DNA from: Candidatus Sulfomarinibacteraceae bacterium
GTDB taxonomy: Bacteria; Acidobacteriota; Thermoanaerobaculia; Thermoanaerobaculales; Sulfomarinibacteraceae
Assembly: GCA_963796455.1 (NCBI GenBank)
Contig: CAWCLO010000002.1
Coordinates: forward strand, 96,001 to 160,000
Direction of reading: 5' to 3'
Length of the DNA: 64,000 bases
Below are positions 50,337 to 63,525 of this stretch, one piece after another (within the stretch, counting starts at the first letter, position 1; each line of letters opens with the position of its first letter). The notes under the pieces are model-generated. The model ran no database searches and was not told the DNA's origin. It was given only the letters and a program-made list of their open reading frames with translations. A program made the position numbers and the translations under genes.

Positions 50337-51683
50337 ATGAGCGATACCAAACAAAAAAACACCATGTCTCGACGCGGCTTCCTCGCGGTGGGCAGCGCCG
50401 CCGCGGCGGCTTCGGCGCTGCCCCTGCACGCCGCGGACGACGCGGAAGAAAAGGCGCCCGCAATCAATAACTGGCGCACTCTCGGCCGTACGGGCTTCAA
50501 GGTGTCCGATGTTTCAATGGGTGCCGGTGCATCGGACTCGAACATGATCCGCTACGCCTACGATCACGGGATCAACTACTTCGACACCGCGGAGTCCTAC
50601 GGCAACGGCAAGCACGAGAAGCTCATCGGCGAGGCCTTGAAGCACATGGATCGCTCGAAGGTCTTCATCACCACGAAGCTCGAGCTCAAGGAAGGCGACA
50701 CCGAGCAGACCATTCTCGACCGCTATGCAAAATGTCTCGAGAGGCTCGGGACGGAGTATGCCGATGCGCTCTTCATGCACGCGGTCTACCACGTCGAGAC
50801 CACCAAGAACGAGGGTTTCCACGCTGCGATCAAAAAGCTCAAGACCGACTCCAAGGTCCGGTTCGACGGGCTCTCGTGCCACGGGCCCCGCAACGACGAA
50901 CAGGAGAGCATGGAGAAGGTCCTGGGCGCCGCCATCGAGGACGGTCGTTTCGATCTCATGCTCATGTCATACAACTTCATGAATTCTGAAGAGGCGGAGC
51001 GGGTCCTGGCGCTGGCCAAGGCATCGGGCGTCGGCACCACCGCCATGAAGACGGCGCCGGGCGCCGCCGAGATCCCCGATTTCGATCCCGAAAATCCCAC
51101 CGGCGATCTCCTGGCCTATATCGAACGCAAGGAGAAGGAAGGGCAGTCGAGGGAGAAATCCATCGAAGAGATCCAGGGGTGGTTGGCCGATCAGAAGAAG
51201 GCCTACGATGACACCGCACCCTTCCGCGAGAAGTACGGGCTGACCGACCGCACCGTCATGCGGGACACCGCCATCAAGTGGGTCCTCCAGAACCCGGACA
51301 TGCAAACTGTCTGCGTAGGCATGCGGGACTTCGAACAGGTGCAGCGTTTTGTCGCACTTTCTGGATCGACGATGAAGCTGGCCGAGGCGCGCTTCCTCGA
51401 GGACTACCGGCTCGCCCACAACAGTCTTTATTGTCGTCACGGTTGCTCCGAGTGCCTCGGAAAGTGTGCCGAACGCCTGGCGGTGAGCACCATCATGCGC
51501 TACTCCTACTATTTCACCGGTCAGGGTCGGGAAAAAGAGGCGATCGGCAAATATGCTCGCCTCGGCGATTCGAACGGCGCCCGTTGCATGGGCTGCAGCG
51601 CGCCGTGTACCGGAGCCTGTCCCTATGGCATCGATATTCGTGCAAACGTTCTGTCCGCTCATTCGCTCTTGACCGTCATCTAG
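50337..51683 (+). CDS. Tat-signal aldo/keto reductase with a C-terminal Fe-S domain
   Basis: SRRGFL, LGRTGFKVS, FDTAESYG, FITTK, YCRHGCSECLGKC and CMGCSAPCTGACP. Confidence 0.88.
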   Translation: MSDTKQKNTMSRRGFLAVGSAAAAASALPLHAADDAEEKAPAINNWRTLGRTGFKVSDVSMGAGASDSNMIRYAYDHGINYFDTAESYGNGKHEKLIGEALKHMDRSKVFITTKLELKEGDTEQTILDRYAKCLERLGTEYADALFMHAVYHVETTKNEGFHAAIKKLKTDSKVRFDGLSCHGPRNDEQESMEKVLGAAIEDGRFDLMLMSYNFMNSEEAERVLALAKASGVGTTAMKTAPGAAEIPDFDPENPTGDLLAYIERKEKEGQSREKSIEEIQGWLADQKKAYDDTAPFREKYGLTDRTVMRDTAIKWVLQNPDMQTVCVGMRDFEQVQRFVALSGSTMKLAEARFLEDYRLAHNSLYCRHGCSECLGKCAERLAVSTIMRYSYYFTGQGREKEAIGKYARLGDSNGARCMGCSAPCTGACPYGIDIRANVLSAHSLLTVI

Positions 51684-51692
51684 GAGCTGGAA

Positions 51693-52508
51693 TTGAAAAA
51701 ACTCAGTCTGTTCTTCGTCGTGTTGGTGGTCGTGACTCCCGCGGCCGCCCTGGACTTTCCCGAGATCGAGGGGTGGACCCCCGACAGCGAGGTGAGCTCC
51801 TATGATTCGGACTCTCTGTGGGAGTACATCAACGGGGCGGCCGAGACCTTCATGCAGTATGGTTTTCAGGGTCTCGAAACCGCAGAGCTTTCCCGCGATG
51901 GAGTCACCGTGGCCGTGAGCATCTACGACATGGGCACCCCGATCAACGCGTACGGAATCTACCGCACCGAGCTCCCCGATGACACCAAGCCGCTGTCGAT
52001 CGGCGCCCAGGCGGTCGTGTCGCCTCCTTACCAGGCCCTGATGGCCAAGGACCGGTTCTATGTCAAGGTGGATGTCTACGACGGCGAGATGGACGACGTG
52101 ACGGGCAAGGTGGTTCTCGAGACGGTGGCCCGATCGCTTCCTGGATCGAACGGCATGCCTGCGGAGTTTTCCAAACTACCGACCGCTGGGAGAGCGGACG
52201 GGTCGGAACAGTTTGTCCGCGAGGGCTTCCTCGGGCTTGCCGAGCTCTCGCGCTGCGTATCGGCAGAGTACGAAGACGGCCGCAAGCTCTTTGTCGTGTT
52301 GCCTGCCCCTGGTTCCAGCGCGGATGCGACGTGGAACACCTTGGCTTCCAAATGGATGCCCGTGGCCTTCGACGGCGCTCCCGTGCTCGCCAAAAAGGTG
52401 CCCTACACCGGTTTCGTGGGTGTGATCCGGAAGGGCGACGGCATCATCGGGGTGGTGGGGGCGGAAAACGAAACCGAGCTTGTCGAGATCTTGTCTTTGA
52501 TCAAATAG
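51693..52508 (+). CDS. Exported DUF6599-like protein
   Basis: Signal peptide, LWEYINGAAETFMQYGF and IYDMGTPINAYGIY. Confidence 0.7.
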   Translation: MKKLSLFFVVLVVVTPAAALDFPEIEGWTPDSEVSSYDSDSLWEYINGAAETFMQYGFQGLETAELSRDGVTVAVSIYDMGTPINAYGIYRTELPDDTKPLSIGAQAVVSPPYQALMAKDRFYVKVDVYDGEMDDVTGKVVLETVARSLPGSNGMPAEFSKLPTAGRADGSEQFVREGFLGLAELSRCVSAEYEDGRKLFVVLPAPGSSADATWNTLASKWMPVAFDGAPVLAKKVPYTGFVGVIRKGDGIIGVVGAENETELVEILSLIK

Positions 52509-52541
52509 AATCGAAGCGCTTTATCGACAAAGGGGTCCGTC

Positions 52542-55731
<3,190 letters not shown>

Positions 55732-55754
55732 TCAGCCGGGAGGGAAGGGCCGGT

Positions 55755-57209
55755 TCACCGTCGCCAGAAGGTGGGGTAGAAAATCACCAGGGCCGAAAAC
55801 ATCTCGAGTCGACCGACCAGCATGTTCCAGGCGAGAAACCACTTTCCGGCGTCCGAGATGAAGGCGTAGTTCTCGGATGGGCCCACGTCGCCAAAGCCTG
55901 GGCCGATGTTCATCAGCGCGGCGATCACCGAACTCATGGCGGTGATGGCGTCCATGTCGGCGATCAGGACCATGACGATGCCGCCGCCGAGCACCATGAA
56001 GATGTTGACGATGAAGTAACAGACGGCCAGGCCGATGATCATCTGATCAACCGGCAGACCGTTGACCCGGACCGAAATCACCGCCAGCGGTTGGAAGAAG
56101 AGCTTCTTGATCGCGCCGACCATGTACTTCCAGATCAAGACGTAGTGAATGACCTTGATGCCGCTGGTCGTGGAGCCGGCGCAGGCGCCGACGAAGCAAA
56201 CGGCCAGCAGGAACATCTGGGCGGCCTGGGGCCAGAGTTCGTAGTCTGTGGTGGTGAAACCGGTGGTGGTCAGCAACGAGGTGACCTGGAACGCGCCGTA
56301 GCGCAGAGAATCTGCGAAACCGTAGGTGCCTTCCCGCCACAGGATCCAGGATGTCGCGCCGCAGAAGAATAGGGTGAAACCGATGTACCAGCGCAGCTCG
56401 GTGTTGATCTTGAGCGCTTTCCAATTGCCGCGGGCGGCGAAGTAAAAGAGCATGAAGGTGACGCCGCCGAGGAACATGAAAAGAGTGATGATCCAATCGA
56501 AGTAGGCGCTGTTGTAGTGGCCGATGCTCGCGTTGTAGGGCGAGTAGCCGGATGTGGAGACCGTGCCGAAGGCGTGGCAGAGGGAGTCGAAGAGCGACAT
56601 GCCGCCGAGGCACATCAGAAGGGTCTGCACCGCGTTGAGTGCCAGATAGATCACCCACAGGTAGACGATGGCGTCGCGGTTGCGGGGGGTGAACCTCTCC
56701 TTGGTGAGGACCTGTCCCGGGCTCGACTCGGCGCGGAAAATCCGGAGGCCGCCGACGCCGTGGGGGAGGAAGATGATGGTGAGGGTCAGGAAGCCCATGC
56801 CCCCGAGCAGGTGGGTCTGGCTGCGCCAGAACAGGAGCCCGTGCGGTAGGACCTCGATGTCCGTCAGGATGGTGGCGCCGGTCGTGGTGTAGCCGGACAT
56901 CATTTCGAAGAACGCGTCGGTGAACGACGGGATGCTGCCGTGGATCATGAACGGCAACGCCGACACCGCGGAGATGACGATCCACCCGAAGGCGGCGATG
57001 ACGATCGCGTCGCGGGTGTCGAGCTCGCGGGCATCTCTGAATTTGAGCCGCAATGGCAACCCGACGGCCGCAGCAACCGCTGCGGAGATCAGCAGGGCGT
57101 GCAGGTCTCTCTCACCGTAGATGATGGAGCACAGTGCGGGAATAACCAGGGCCCCCGCCGTCACCAACAACAGGGTGCCCATAACGAAGGCGATGGAGCG
57201 GAAGTTCAT
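55755..57209 (-). CDS. trkH: Trk potassium uptake membrane protein
   Basis: SGYTTTGAT, STSG, TTTGF, GSTTSGIK and MLVGRLE. Confidence 0.92.
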   Translation of the reverse strand: MNFRSIAFVMGTLLLVTAGALVIPALCSIIYGERDLHALLISAAVAAAVGLPLRLKFRDARELDTRDAIVIAAFGWIVISAVSALPFMIHGSIPSFTDAFFEMMSGYTTTGATILTDIEVLPHGLLFWRSQTHLLGGMGFLTLTIIFLPHGVGGLRIFRAESSPGQVLTKERFTPRNRDAIVYLWVIYLALNAVQTLLMCLGGMSLFDSLCHAFGTVSTSGYSPYNASIGHYNSAYFDWIITLFMFLGGVTFMLFYFAARGNWKALKINTELRWYIGFTLFFCGATSWILWREGTYGFADSLRYGAFQVTSLLTTTGFTTTDYELWPQAAQMFLLAVCFVGACAGSTTSGIKVIHYVLIWKYMVGAIKKLFFQPLAVISVRVNGLPVDQMIIGLAVCYFIVNIFMVLGGGIVMVLIADMDAITAMSSVIAALMNIGPGFGDVGPSENYAFISDAGKWFLAWNMLVGRLEMFSALVIFYPTFWRR

Positions 57210-57216
57210 TGACGGA

Positions 57217-58607
57217 TCACCCGAGCACGAGGTTCTGAAGATCGCGCAGGTGATCGGATGTGCAGACCGCGAGCACCAGGTCGCCGGGCAGGAGGTGGGT
57301 CGAGCCGACCGCCGTCTGCCACGACTCTCCGCGCGCGTAACCGCCGATAATAATCCGGCCCTTGAGGCCGCTCGGTCTGGTAGAGCGGCTTGCGGGTGAT
57401 CGGAGCGTCGTCACCGACCACCAACTCGACCACCTCGGCTTCGAATCCGTGCAGATGGGCGACCGAGAGCAGCTGTCCCCGGCGGATGTATTTGAGGATC
57501 TCATTGGCGGCCAGGACCTTTTTGCTGAGCACGATGTCGGAGCCCATGGTCGTGGCCAGGACGAGGTACTCCTCACGCCCGACCAGAGCGATCGTCTTGG
57601 TCTTTTTCAGCCCTTCGGATCCGGCGTGGTCTTCGATCACGCTTCGGGCGAGCACGCAGGACATGATGTTGGTTTCGTTTTCGCTGGTGGCGGCGACGAC
57701 GGTGTCCATATCGAGCAGACCGGCCTGGAGCAGGACATCACGCTTCGACCCGTCGCCGTGCAGGAACTCGGTGTTCGGCAGCGTGTGCGAGAGCTCTTCG
57801 GCGCGCTGCTCGTCGCGTTCGAGCAGGCGAACCGGGAAGACGTTTTCGAGCAACTGGGCGACCCGGCTGCCGACCAGCCCGCCGCCGATGATCAGAACCC
57901 GGTGCTTCGTCGTCCTCCGGGAGATCCGCCATCTCGATCAGTTTCGGCACGTGCTCGGTTCGGGCGAGAATGTAGGCGTTGTCGCCAGGCCGCAGTTCTT
58001 CATCACCGCCGGGAATGATCGTTTTGATGCCGCGCGCGATGGAGACCACCCGGAAGTAGGAGTGGTCATATTTCTTCGCCAGATCCTTGAGGTTGGCCCC
58101 GGCAAACGGCGAGCCCTCGTCGATCCGCATCCCGACCACCTGCATCTGCCCTTCGGCGATATCGATGACCACGTTGCCGGCGCGGATCTTGAGGAGCCGG
58201 GCGATCTCCTGCGCGGTCAGCTCCTCGGGGCGGATCACGAGATCGATCTCGAGGTCGTCGGCGGTGAGGATGGCGTCCTCGTTCCAGAGTTCGAGAGAAC
58301 GAACGCGGGCGATCTTGCGGGGGATGCCGCAGCGCTCGGCAATCAGCGCGCCCATGATGTTGACCGAATCGTTGTCGGTGACCGCGATCAGATAGTCCAT
58401 CTCCTTCGCATGTGCTTGTGCCCAGGTGGTAAAGCTCATGGCGTCGCCGCGGATCAGCCGCGCGTCGACCACGCCGTCGGCACGGTGGATCAACTCGGGG
58501 CTCTGCTCGATCGCGGTGATGGCATGGCCTTCGTGGCTGAGTCTTTTGGCCAGATAGAACCCGACGCCGCCGAGACCGAGGATCAAAATGTTTTCGTGAT
58601 TTTTCAT
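57217..58607 (-). pseudogene. trkA: Trk potassium uptake protein TrkA with two frameshifts (near 57910 and 57375), probably errors
   Basis: Frames join ILGLGGVG...AVTDNDSVN, then IIGGGLVG...HGDG...NETNI, then GRIIIGGYARG...LLPGD. Confidence 0.85.
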
Positions 58608-58717
58608 GCTGTTGCTGAATGTACTTCAGATTCTCCGCGAGAGCGACCCGAGTTTTTGATCGCGAGAGTGGTCGAGGGCTCGGTCAGGGCGTGGAAAAAC
58701 ATCTCGACCGGTTCACC

Positions 58718-58768
58718 TTGACATTGGCGCTCGGACTTCGCACGATAGATATACGAGCGACAACTCAT
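58718..58768 (+). promoter_or_regulatory. Putative sigma70 promoter and TetR operator
   Basis: TTGACA-17 nt-CACGAT, then ACGAG-N6-CTCAT at 58753-58768; a second operator copy lies at 58879-58894. Confidence 0.5.
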
Positions 58769-58801
58769 TTTATTTATCTACTTCGGGAAACGAGGTCGAC
58801 C

Positions 58802-59560
58802 ATGCCGAAGGTTGGAACGCAAAATACTCAATCTAAAATAACTTCGAAAATGAGTGACATGGTCGATGGGCCGCTAAAACGAGTAAAACCTCATATTTCA
58901 GACTGCGCGACCCGCCGGTCTCCGCGGCAGAAACGCGCGAGGTTGACCCATCGAGCGATCCTCGAGGCCGCCGCAACCGTCATCGACGAAATCGGCTGGG
59001 ACAAGGCCTCCACAAACCGGATCGCGGAGCGGGCGGGCGTTTCCATCGGTTCGCTCTATCAGTATTTCGGCAACAAGGAAGCCATCCTCGCGGCCCTGCG
59101 GGAGGAGCATCGCAAGGAAGTTCACGTGGTGGTCGGTTTGGCGCTCGATCGTCTTGATGATCCTGCGGTGCCGGTGGAAGAGGCGCTGCGTGGGTTGTTC
59201 GAGGAAATGATCGGTCTCCACAACGACAACCCGGTCCTGACCCGGGTTCTGGCCGACGAGGTGCCGCAGAGCATTGGCGGCCAGGATGTTGGTGAAGAAA
59301 GCGACCACCTCGTACGATGGTTGAAACGGGTTCTCGAACATCGTCCCGATGTGAGGGTGCAAAACGTGGAGGCTGCGGCTTACATCATGGCCACCTCGAT
59401 CGAGGCCCTGACCCGGCGGCTCGCGCACGAGACACCGAAAGGAACGAAGACCGATCTCATGATCGACGAGATGGTCGCCATGTTTTCGTCGTATCTCACC
59501 GGCCGACGATCGGTTTGGCGCAAGGTCTTCGGATCGATCGAGTTGGACGCCGACTCCTGA
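58802..59560 (+). CDS. TetR/AcrR family regulator; start uncertain
   Basis: PRQKRA...ILEAA...STNRIAERAGVSIGSLYQYFGNKEAI. Confidence 0.88.
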   Translation: MPKVGTQNTQSKITSKMSDMVDGPLKRVKPHISDCATRRSPRQKRARLTHRAILEAAATVIDEIGWDKASTNRIAERAGVSIGSLYQYFGNKEAILAALREEHRKEVHVVVGLALDRLDDPAVPVEEALRGLFEEMIGLHNDNPVLTRVLADEVPQSIGGQDVGEESDHLVRWLKRVLEHRPDVRVQNVEAAAYIMATSIEALTRRLAHETPKGTKTDLMIDEMVAMFSSYLTGRRSVWRKVFGSIELDADS

Positions 59561-59584
59561 ACCCATCCGAAGGCCTTCTTCGCC

Positions 59585-61009
59585 TCATTGGCGGTCGATG
59601 GTATTCAGCGGGAACAATTCGGAGGGTGAGTGCTCGCGCTCCATGATGGAGGCGATCTCTGCGATCACATCGGGGTGCTGTTCGGCCACATCCGTGGACT
59701 CGGACATATCGTCTTCGAGGTTATAGAGCTCGATCGAGGTATCACCATCTGCGAGTCGTGGCCGAATGCCCTTCCATTTGCCGACCCATACCGCCTGATG
59801 GCCGCCGTATCCGGCAAACTCCCGATAGAGAAAGGCGCGATCCATCTCGACTCCGTCGAGCAATGCGGGACTCAAGTCGAGCCCATCACCGCTTTCCTCC
59901 GAGCTACCGGCCAGCGACAGGAGCGTCGGCATCCAGTCTTCGAAACCCGACAGGGTGGAATTCACCGAATTCGTTTTGACCCGGCCCGGATAGCGCACCA
60001 GAGCGGGCACCCGAAGACCACCCTCATAACTCGAGCCCTTGAGACCGCGGAGCGTTCCGACCGAGTCGAAGAACTCGGCCATCGGTCCGAGGTAGGTGGT
60101 GCCGTTGTCCGAGGTGAAGACCACGATCGTGTTGTCGGCCAGCTCGAGCTCGTCGAGGAGATCCAGGATGCGACCGACATTGCGGTCCATGCGAGTGATC
60201 ATGGCTGCGTAGGCGGCACGGGGTGTGAAATGCGGCGTATAGCGAGCGTCCGCCGGTGGGTCCTCCCAACCAAGGGCAGTGTACTCGGCCAAGGAATCAT
60301 CCGGCACGTGGAGTGCGAGGTGAGGAATGATGGTGGGGTAGTAGAGAAAGAAGGACCGGTCCCTGTTGTCATTGATAAAGGCGAGCGCCTGTTCAGCGAT
60401 CCGATCGGAGGCATAGTCCGTGCCCTGGAACGGCGCATAACTCGATGGATCCGCCGGATCGGCATTCTCGGCAAGTTTTGCGTGTCCAGGCACCGGAGGT
60501 TCGTTGTTGAGAGCGATCCGCTCGTTGTCGTCCCAGAGATAGCCGGGGTAATAACTGTGAGCATGGCGTTGGCAGTTGTAGCCGAAGAACCGGTCGAAAC
60601 CCTGTTCGAGTGGATCGCCTTCGGAGCCGGGGAAGCCCAGACCCCATTTGCCGAAGATCCCACTCGTATAGCCTCGCTCGCGCAGCCTCTCGGCCAGCGT
60701 CACCTCGGTCGCGGGGATCGGCGCCTGGCCTTCCGGTTGGATTTCTTTGTTGTCGCGGACCCAGGCGTGACCCGGGTGTTTTCCGGTCATGAGGACCGCC
60801 CGCGAAGGCGCGCAAACCGGCGAGCCGCTGTAGTGGCGTGTGAACCGCATGCCCTCCGCCGCGAGCCGATCGATGTGAGGTGTGCGAATCTTTTCCTGGC
60901 CGTACGATCCCAGCTCTCGGTAGCCGAGGTCGTCGGCGACAATGAAGATGATATTGGGTGGTGGATCGGCTTTGCGGCACGAACCGAGCGGGAGCACAAA
61001 AAGACACAA
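59585..61009 (-). CDS. Arylsulfatase (Cys-type); true start probably ~45 nt upstream
   Basis: PNIIFIVADDLG, CAPSRAVLMTG, FGKWGLG and FTSDNG. LGSC lipobox. Confidence 0.92.
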   Translation of the reverse strand: MCLFVLPLGSCRKADPPPNIIFIVADDLGYRELGSYGQEKIRTPHIDRLAAEGMRFTRHYSGSPVCAPSRAVLMTGKHPGHAWVRDNKEIQPEGQAPIPATEVTLAERLRERGYTSGIFGKWGLGFPGSEGDPLEQGFDRFFGYNCQRHAHSYYPGYLWDDNERIALNNEPPVPGHAKLAENADPADPSSYAPFQGTDYASDRIAEQALAFINDNRDRSFFLYYPTIIPHLALHVPDDSLAEYTALGWEDPPADARYTPHFTPRAAYAAMITRMDRNVGRILDLLDELELADNTIVVFTSDNGTTYLGPMAEFFDSVGTLRGLKGSSYEGGLRVPALVRYPGRVKTNSVNSTLSGFEDWMPTLLSLAGSSEESGDGLDLSPALLDGVEMDRAFLYREFAGYGGHQAVWVGKWKGIRPRLADGDTSIELYNLEDDMSESTDVAEQHPDVIAEIASIMEREHSPSELFPLNTIDRQ

Positions 61010-61153
61010 CAGGATGCGCAGGATGGTTCGCAGGATCGGCCTCCAATTCCTCAGCCGACCTGCATCTCACTACAGCGAAGCCGCAGTCGTCAACCCGTGA
61101 TAATCTCGCTGGCAGGCGAGAAGCATCGATGGCTCGAATCGGGAGTCGACGGC

Positions 61154-61378
61154 ATGATTCAGCAAACCTGTCAGCACTGCCAACACTTTGTCGACGACCC
61201 CGCCGCCATCGAGGTTGAATTCCCCGCTTCCACCATCCTGGGAACACTCTACGCATCGGTCCGCGGATCGGCGGGCATCTGTCTCGATCGCGACCGTTTT
61301 ATGGACCCGGTCTCGGCCGCCGACTGTCCGGCCTTCGTCGCGCGGGGAAAGCCCTCCGGAGTGGCCCCTTCCGAATAG
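61154..61378 (+). CDS. Small four-cysteine protein (74 aa)
   Basis: MIQQTCQHCQHF...GICLDRDRFMDPVSAADCPAF with GGGAG RBS; it fills the gap between two genes. Confidence 0.6.
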   Translation: MIQQTCQHCQHFVDDPAAIEVEFPASTILGTLYASVRGSAGICLDRDRFMDPVSAADCPAFVARGKPSGVAPSE

Positions 61379-61411
61379 ACGCCGCCCAGGGAAGGGAACC
61401 CTGTGGCGGAT

Positions 61412-62734
61412 CTAGAACTTTTCGTACTCTCCAACCATCCCGAAATCCGTCGCGGCGCTTTCACACCAGTGCCCGAAACAATCGAGGTGGTGCCCGGGGA
61501 CCAGCACGAGGTGGTTGCCCAGGGGAGCGCGCAGCAGATCGGCGGCCTTGCCGCCCCGCGTGAGTTGGATCTCAGCCTGGGTGCGGCAGAGGTTTTCGGC
61601 ATTGCCGGATCGCAGGATTTCGCCCTCGGCCAACCACACCCTGTCCATCTCCTTGCCGCCTATTCGCAGCAGGGTGACCTGGCCCGGCGGGAGTGTGCCT
61701 TGAATCCCCACGCCGAGCCCCGACTCGAAGTGCGACCGAAGACCATAGCTCGAGACCAGCGAGCGCGGCACGGTGCAGTGGGCCAACCAGAGCGTGTTGC
61801 GCTCCGGATCGAGCTGTGCGGGATTCGCCATCCACGGTGTTTCATCGACCAGCAAACGCGCCCAAAGCAAACCGATGGTGGAGACCAGATCGCCCTCACA
61901 CCCTGCGATGACACCCTCGTCGGTGAGTTGAGCCAGACCGAAACACCCGGTCGTCTTCTGGTTCTGGACGAAATCGAAACAACGAACCGTCAGCGCATCG
62001 AGATCGTGATCGACGACGATCTGTTGAAGTGCGAGGTAGACCCTGGCCACATCCCGGATGTCGGAAGTTGATGGTTCGAAAACCCCGCTGGCTCCCGCGA
62101 TGAGTTCGTCGGCGTGCTCTTCGAGCTCTTCGTCGCAAATGGCCGCCATGGTTTTCACCACCCCGTCCATCTCCACCGGGACCACCGTGGGGCCCCAGGT
62201 CCTGCGGACTGTCGACGCATCGGGCATGCTGGCCACGAGCCAATCCGACGGCTCGCCCACCAGCCCGATACGGGCGCGCCGAAGGGCCCGCCGGACTCTC
62301 TCTTCGTGTGCGGCCTCGGTGATCATTTGAAGACCGGAACCGTCCTCGGGCCCCTCGAGATAGAAAATCCGCCCCGGGGTTCCGTCCTGTTGCAGCCGGG
62401 CCAGGACCTCCAGGGCCGCAGGCAGCGAGTTGTTGCCGGGGTGGGCGATCAGGAAAAGCGATTCGTCCGGCGTTGCACCGTGATGTTCCGCCCACCAGCG
62501 GAGAACGACCTGTTCGCTGCCGCCCGTTGCTACCAGCAGGAATGGCGGGATGCCGTTATCAGGCAGCGAGTTCGAATCACAACTGTAGCCGCCCAGCTCT
62601 TCGAGAGAGCGAAGATATGGGCCGATGATCTTCTCGAGTTCGTCCGTATCGAGGAGAGTGCCCGGATGTACGGAGACGATGCCGAATTTCTGGTCCATTG
62701 AAGCCATCCTGCGATCCGTTCCATCTTCTGTCAA
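61412..62734 (-). CDS. L-fucose/L-arabinose isomerase-like protein; start uncertain
   Basis: GEPSDWL, DALTVRCF, AGCEGD, LAHCTVP, SHFESGLGVG, CRTQ and LGNHLV. Confidence 0.75.
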   Translation of the reverse strand: MTEDGTDRRMASMDQKFGIVSVHPGTLLDTDELEKIIGPYLRSLEELGGYSCDSNSLPDNGIPPFLLVATGGSEQVVLRWWAEHHGATPDESLFLIAHPGNNSLPAALEVLARLQQDGTPGRIFYLEGPEDGSGLQMITEAAHEERVRRALRRARIGLVGEPSDWLVASMPDASTVRRTWGPTVVPVEMDGVVKTMAAICDEELEEHADELIAGASGVFEPSTSDIRDVARVYLALQQIVVDHDLDALTVRCFDFVQNQKTTGCFGLAQLTDEGVIAGCEGDLVSTIGLLWARLLVDETPWMANPAQLDPERNTLWLAHCTVPRSLVSSYGLRSHFESGLGVGIQGTLPPGQVTLLRIGGKEMDRVWLAEGEILRSGNAENLCRTQAEIQLTRGGKAADLLRAPLGNHLVLVPGHHLDCFGHWCESAATDFGMVGEYEKF

Positions 62735-63525
62735 CTACTCGCGTCGGTGCCGTCGATCTTTGACGCTGCGCGCCGGTCACTCGTCGCCAGGAATGAACTC
62801 AGTGCCCTGATGGCCTCGGGTCTGATGACGATTCCGGGGCGTTTCGAACGGAGATGTGTCAAAACTTCGTTGAGGGAATCGCATAGTCCGCTGGCCGCGA
62901 GGTAGGCGCCGACCGCCGTCGCGGTCCGCGAGTAGCCGACCTTGCAGTGCACATAGACGGTTCCACCCGACGCGACCCGGTCGCCGATAAACGCGACGGC
63001 TTCCTGAAGCTGGACTGGTGTCGGTGCGGTCAGGTCGAGAAGCGGCACATTGTGATACTCGAGGGCGAGCAGCCTGGCGGTCTCGCTGAACTCCGCCGTG
63101 AGATCCAGAACGGCGGTTGCACCGGTCTGGATCAGCGCGGCGCACTCCGGTTCGGTCAGGACCCTGCCCATCAGTAATCCGGGGGCGGCCTCGTCCCAGG
63201 GGCTTGAATTCCGCCGGTAGTAACATAGCGACAAGTGTTGGCCCAGGAGCGTCGGCGCCATCATGAAAAGGACGTGCTTTGGAAGGGCCCCCTTCCGTTT
63301 GCCGTAGATGACCGGGCCCACACCAAGGTAGGCGACCACCAGGGCGAGCATGGAAAGGGCCGGCCAGATCAAGGGACTGGTCCAGGGCCAACCGCCCACG
63401 GTCAACAGGGTGGTGAACAGCACGCCCGCAGCGTAGTAAGCGGCGACACGGGGGTTTGCGACGGTTTTCAGTTGAGTTGATCCTCTCGTCCCGGGAGCGG
63501 CCGTTGGAGCCCTTTCAAATGGCAT
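62731..63525 (-). CDS. Membrane-anchored dual-specificity phosphatase (C-terminal YnbD-like)
   Basis: TM segments followed by VLDLTAEF, LDLTAP and VHCKVGYSRTA (HCxxGxxR). Start approximate. Confidence 0.8.
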   Translation of the reverse strand: MPFERAPTAAPGTRGSTQLKTVANPRVAAYYAAGVLFTTLLTVGGWPWTSPLIWPALSMLALVVAYLGVGPVIYGKRKGALPKHVLFMMAPTLLGQHLSLCYYRRNSSPWDEAAPGLLMGRVLTEPECAALIQTGATAVLDLTAEFSETARLLALEYHNVPLLDLTAPTPVQLQEAVAFIGDRVASGGTVYVHCKVGYSRTATAVGAYLAASGLCDSLNEVLTHLRSKRPGIVIRPEAIRALSSFLATSDRRAASKIDGTDASS

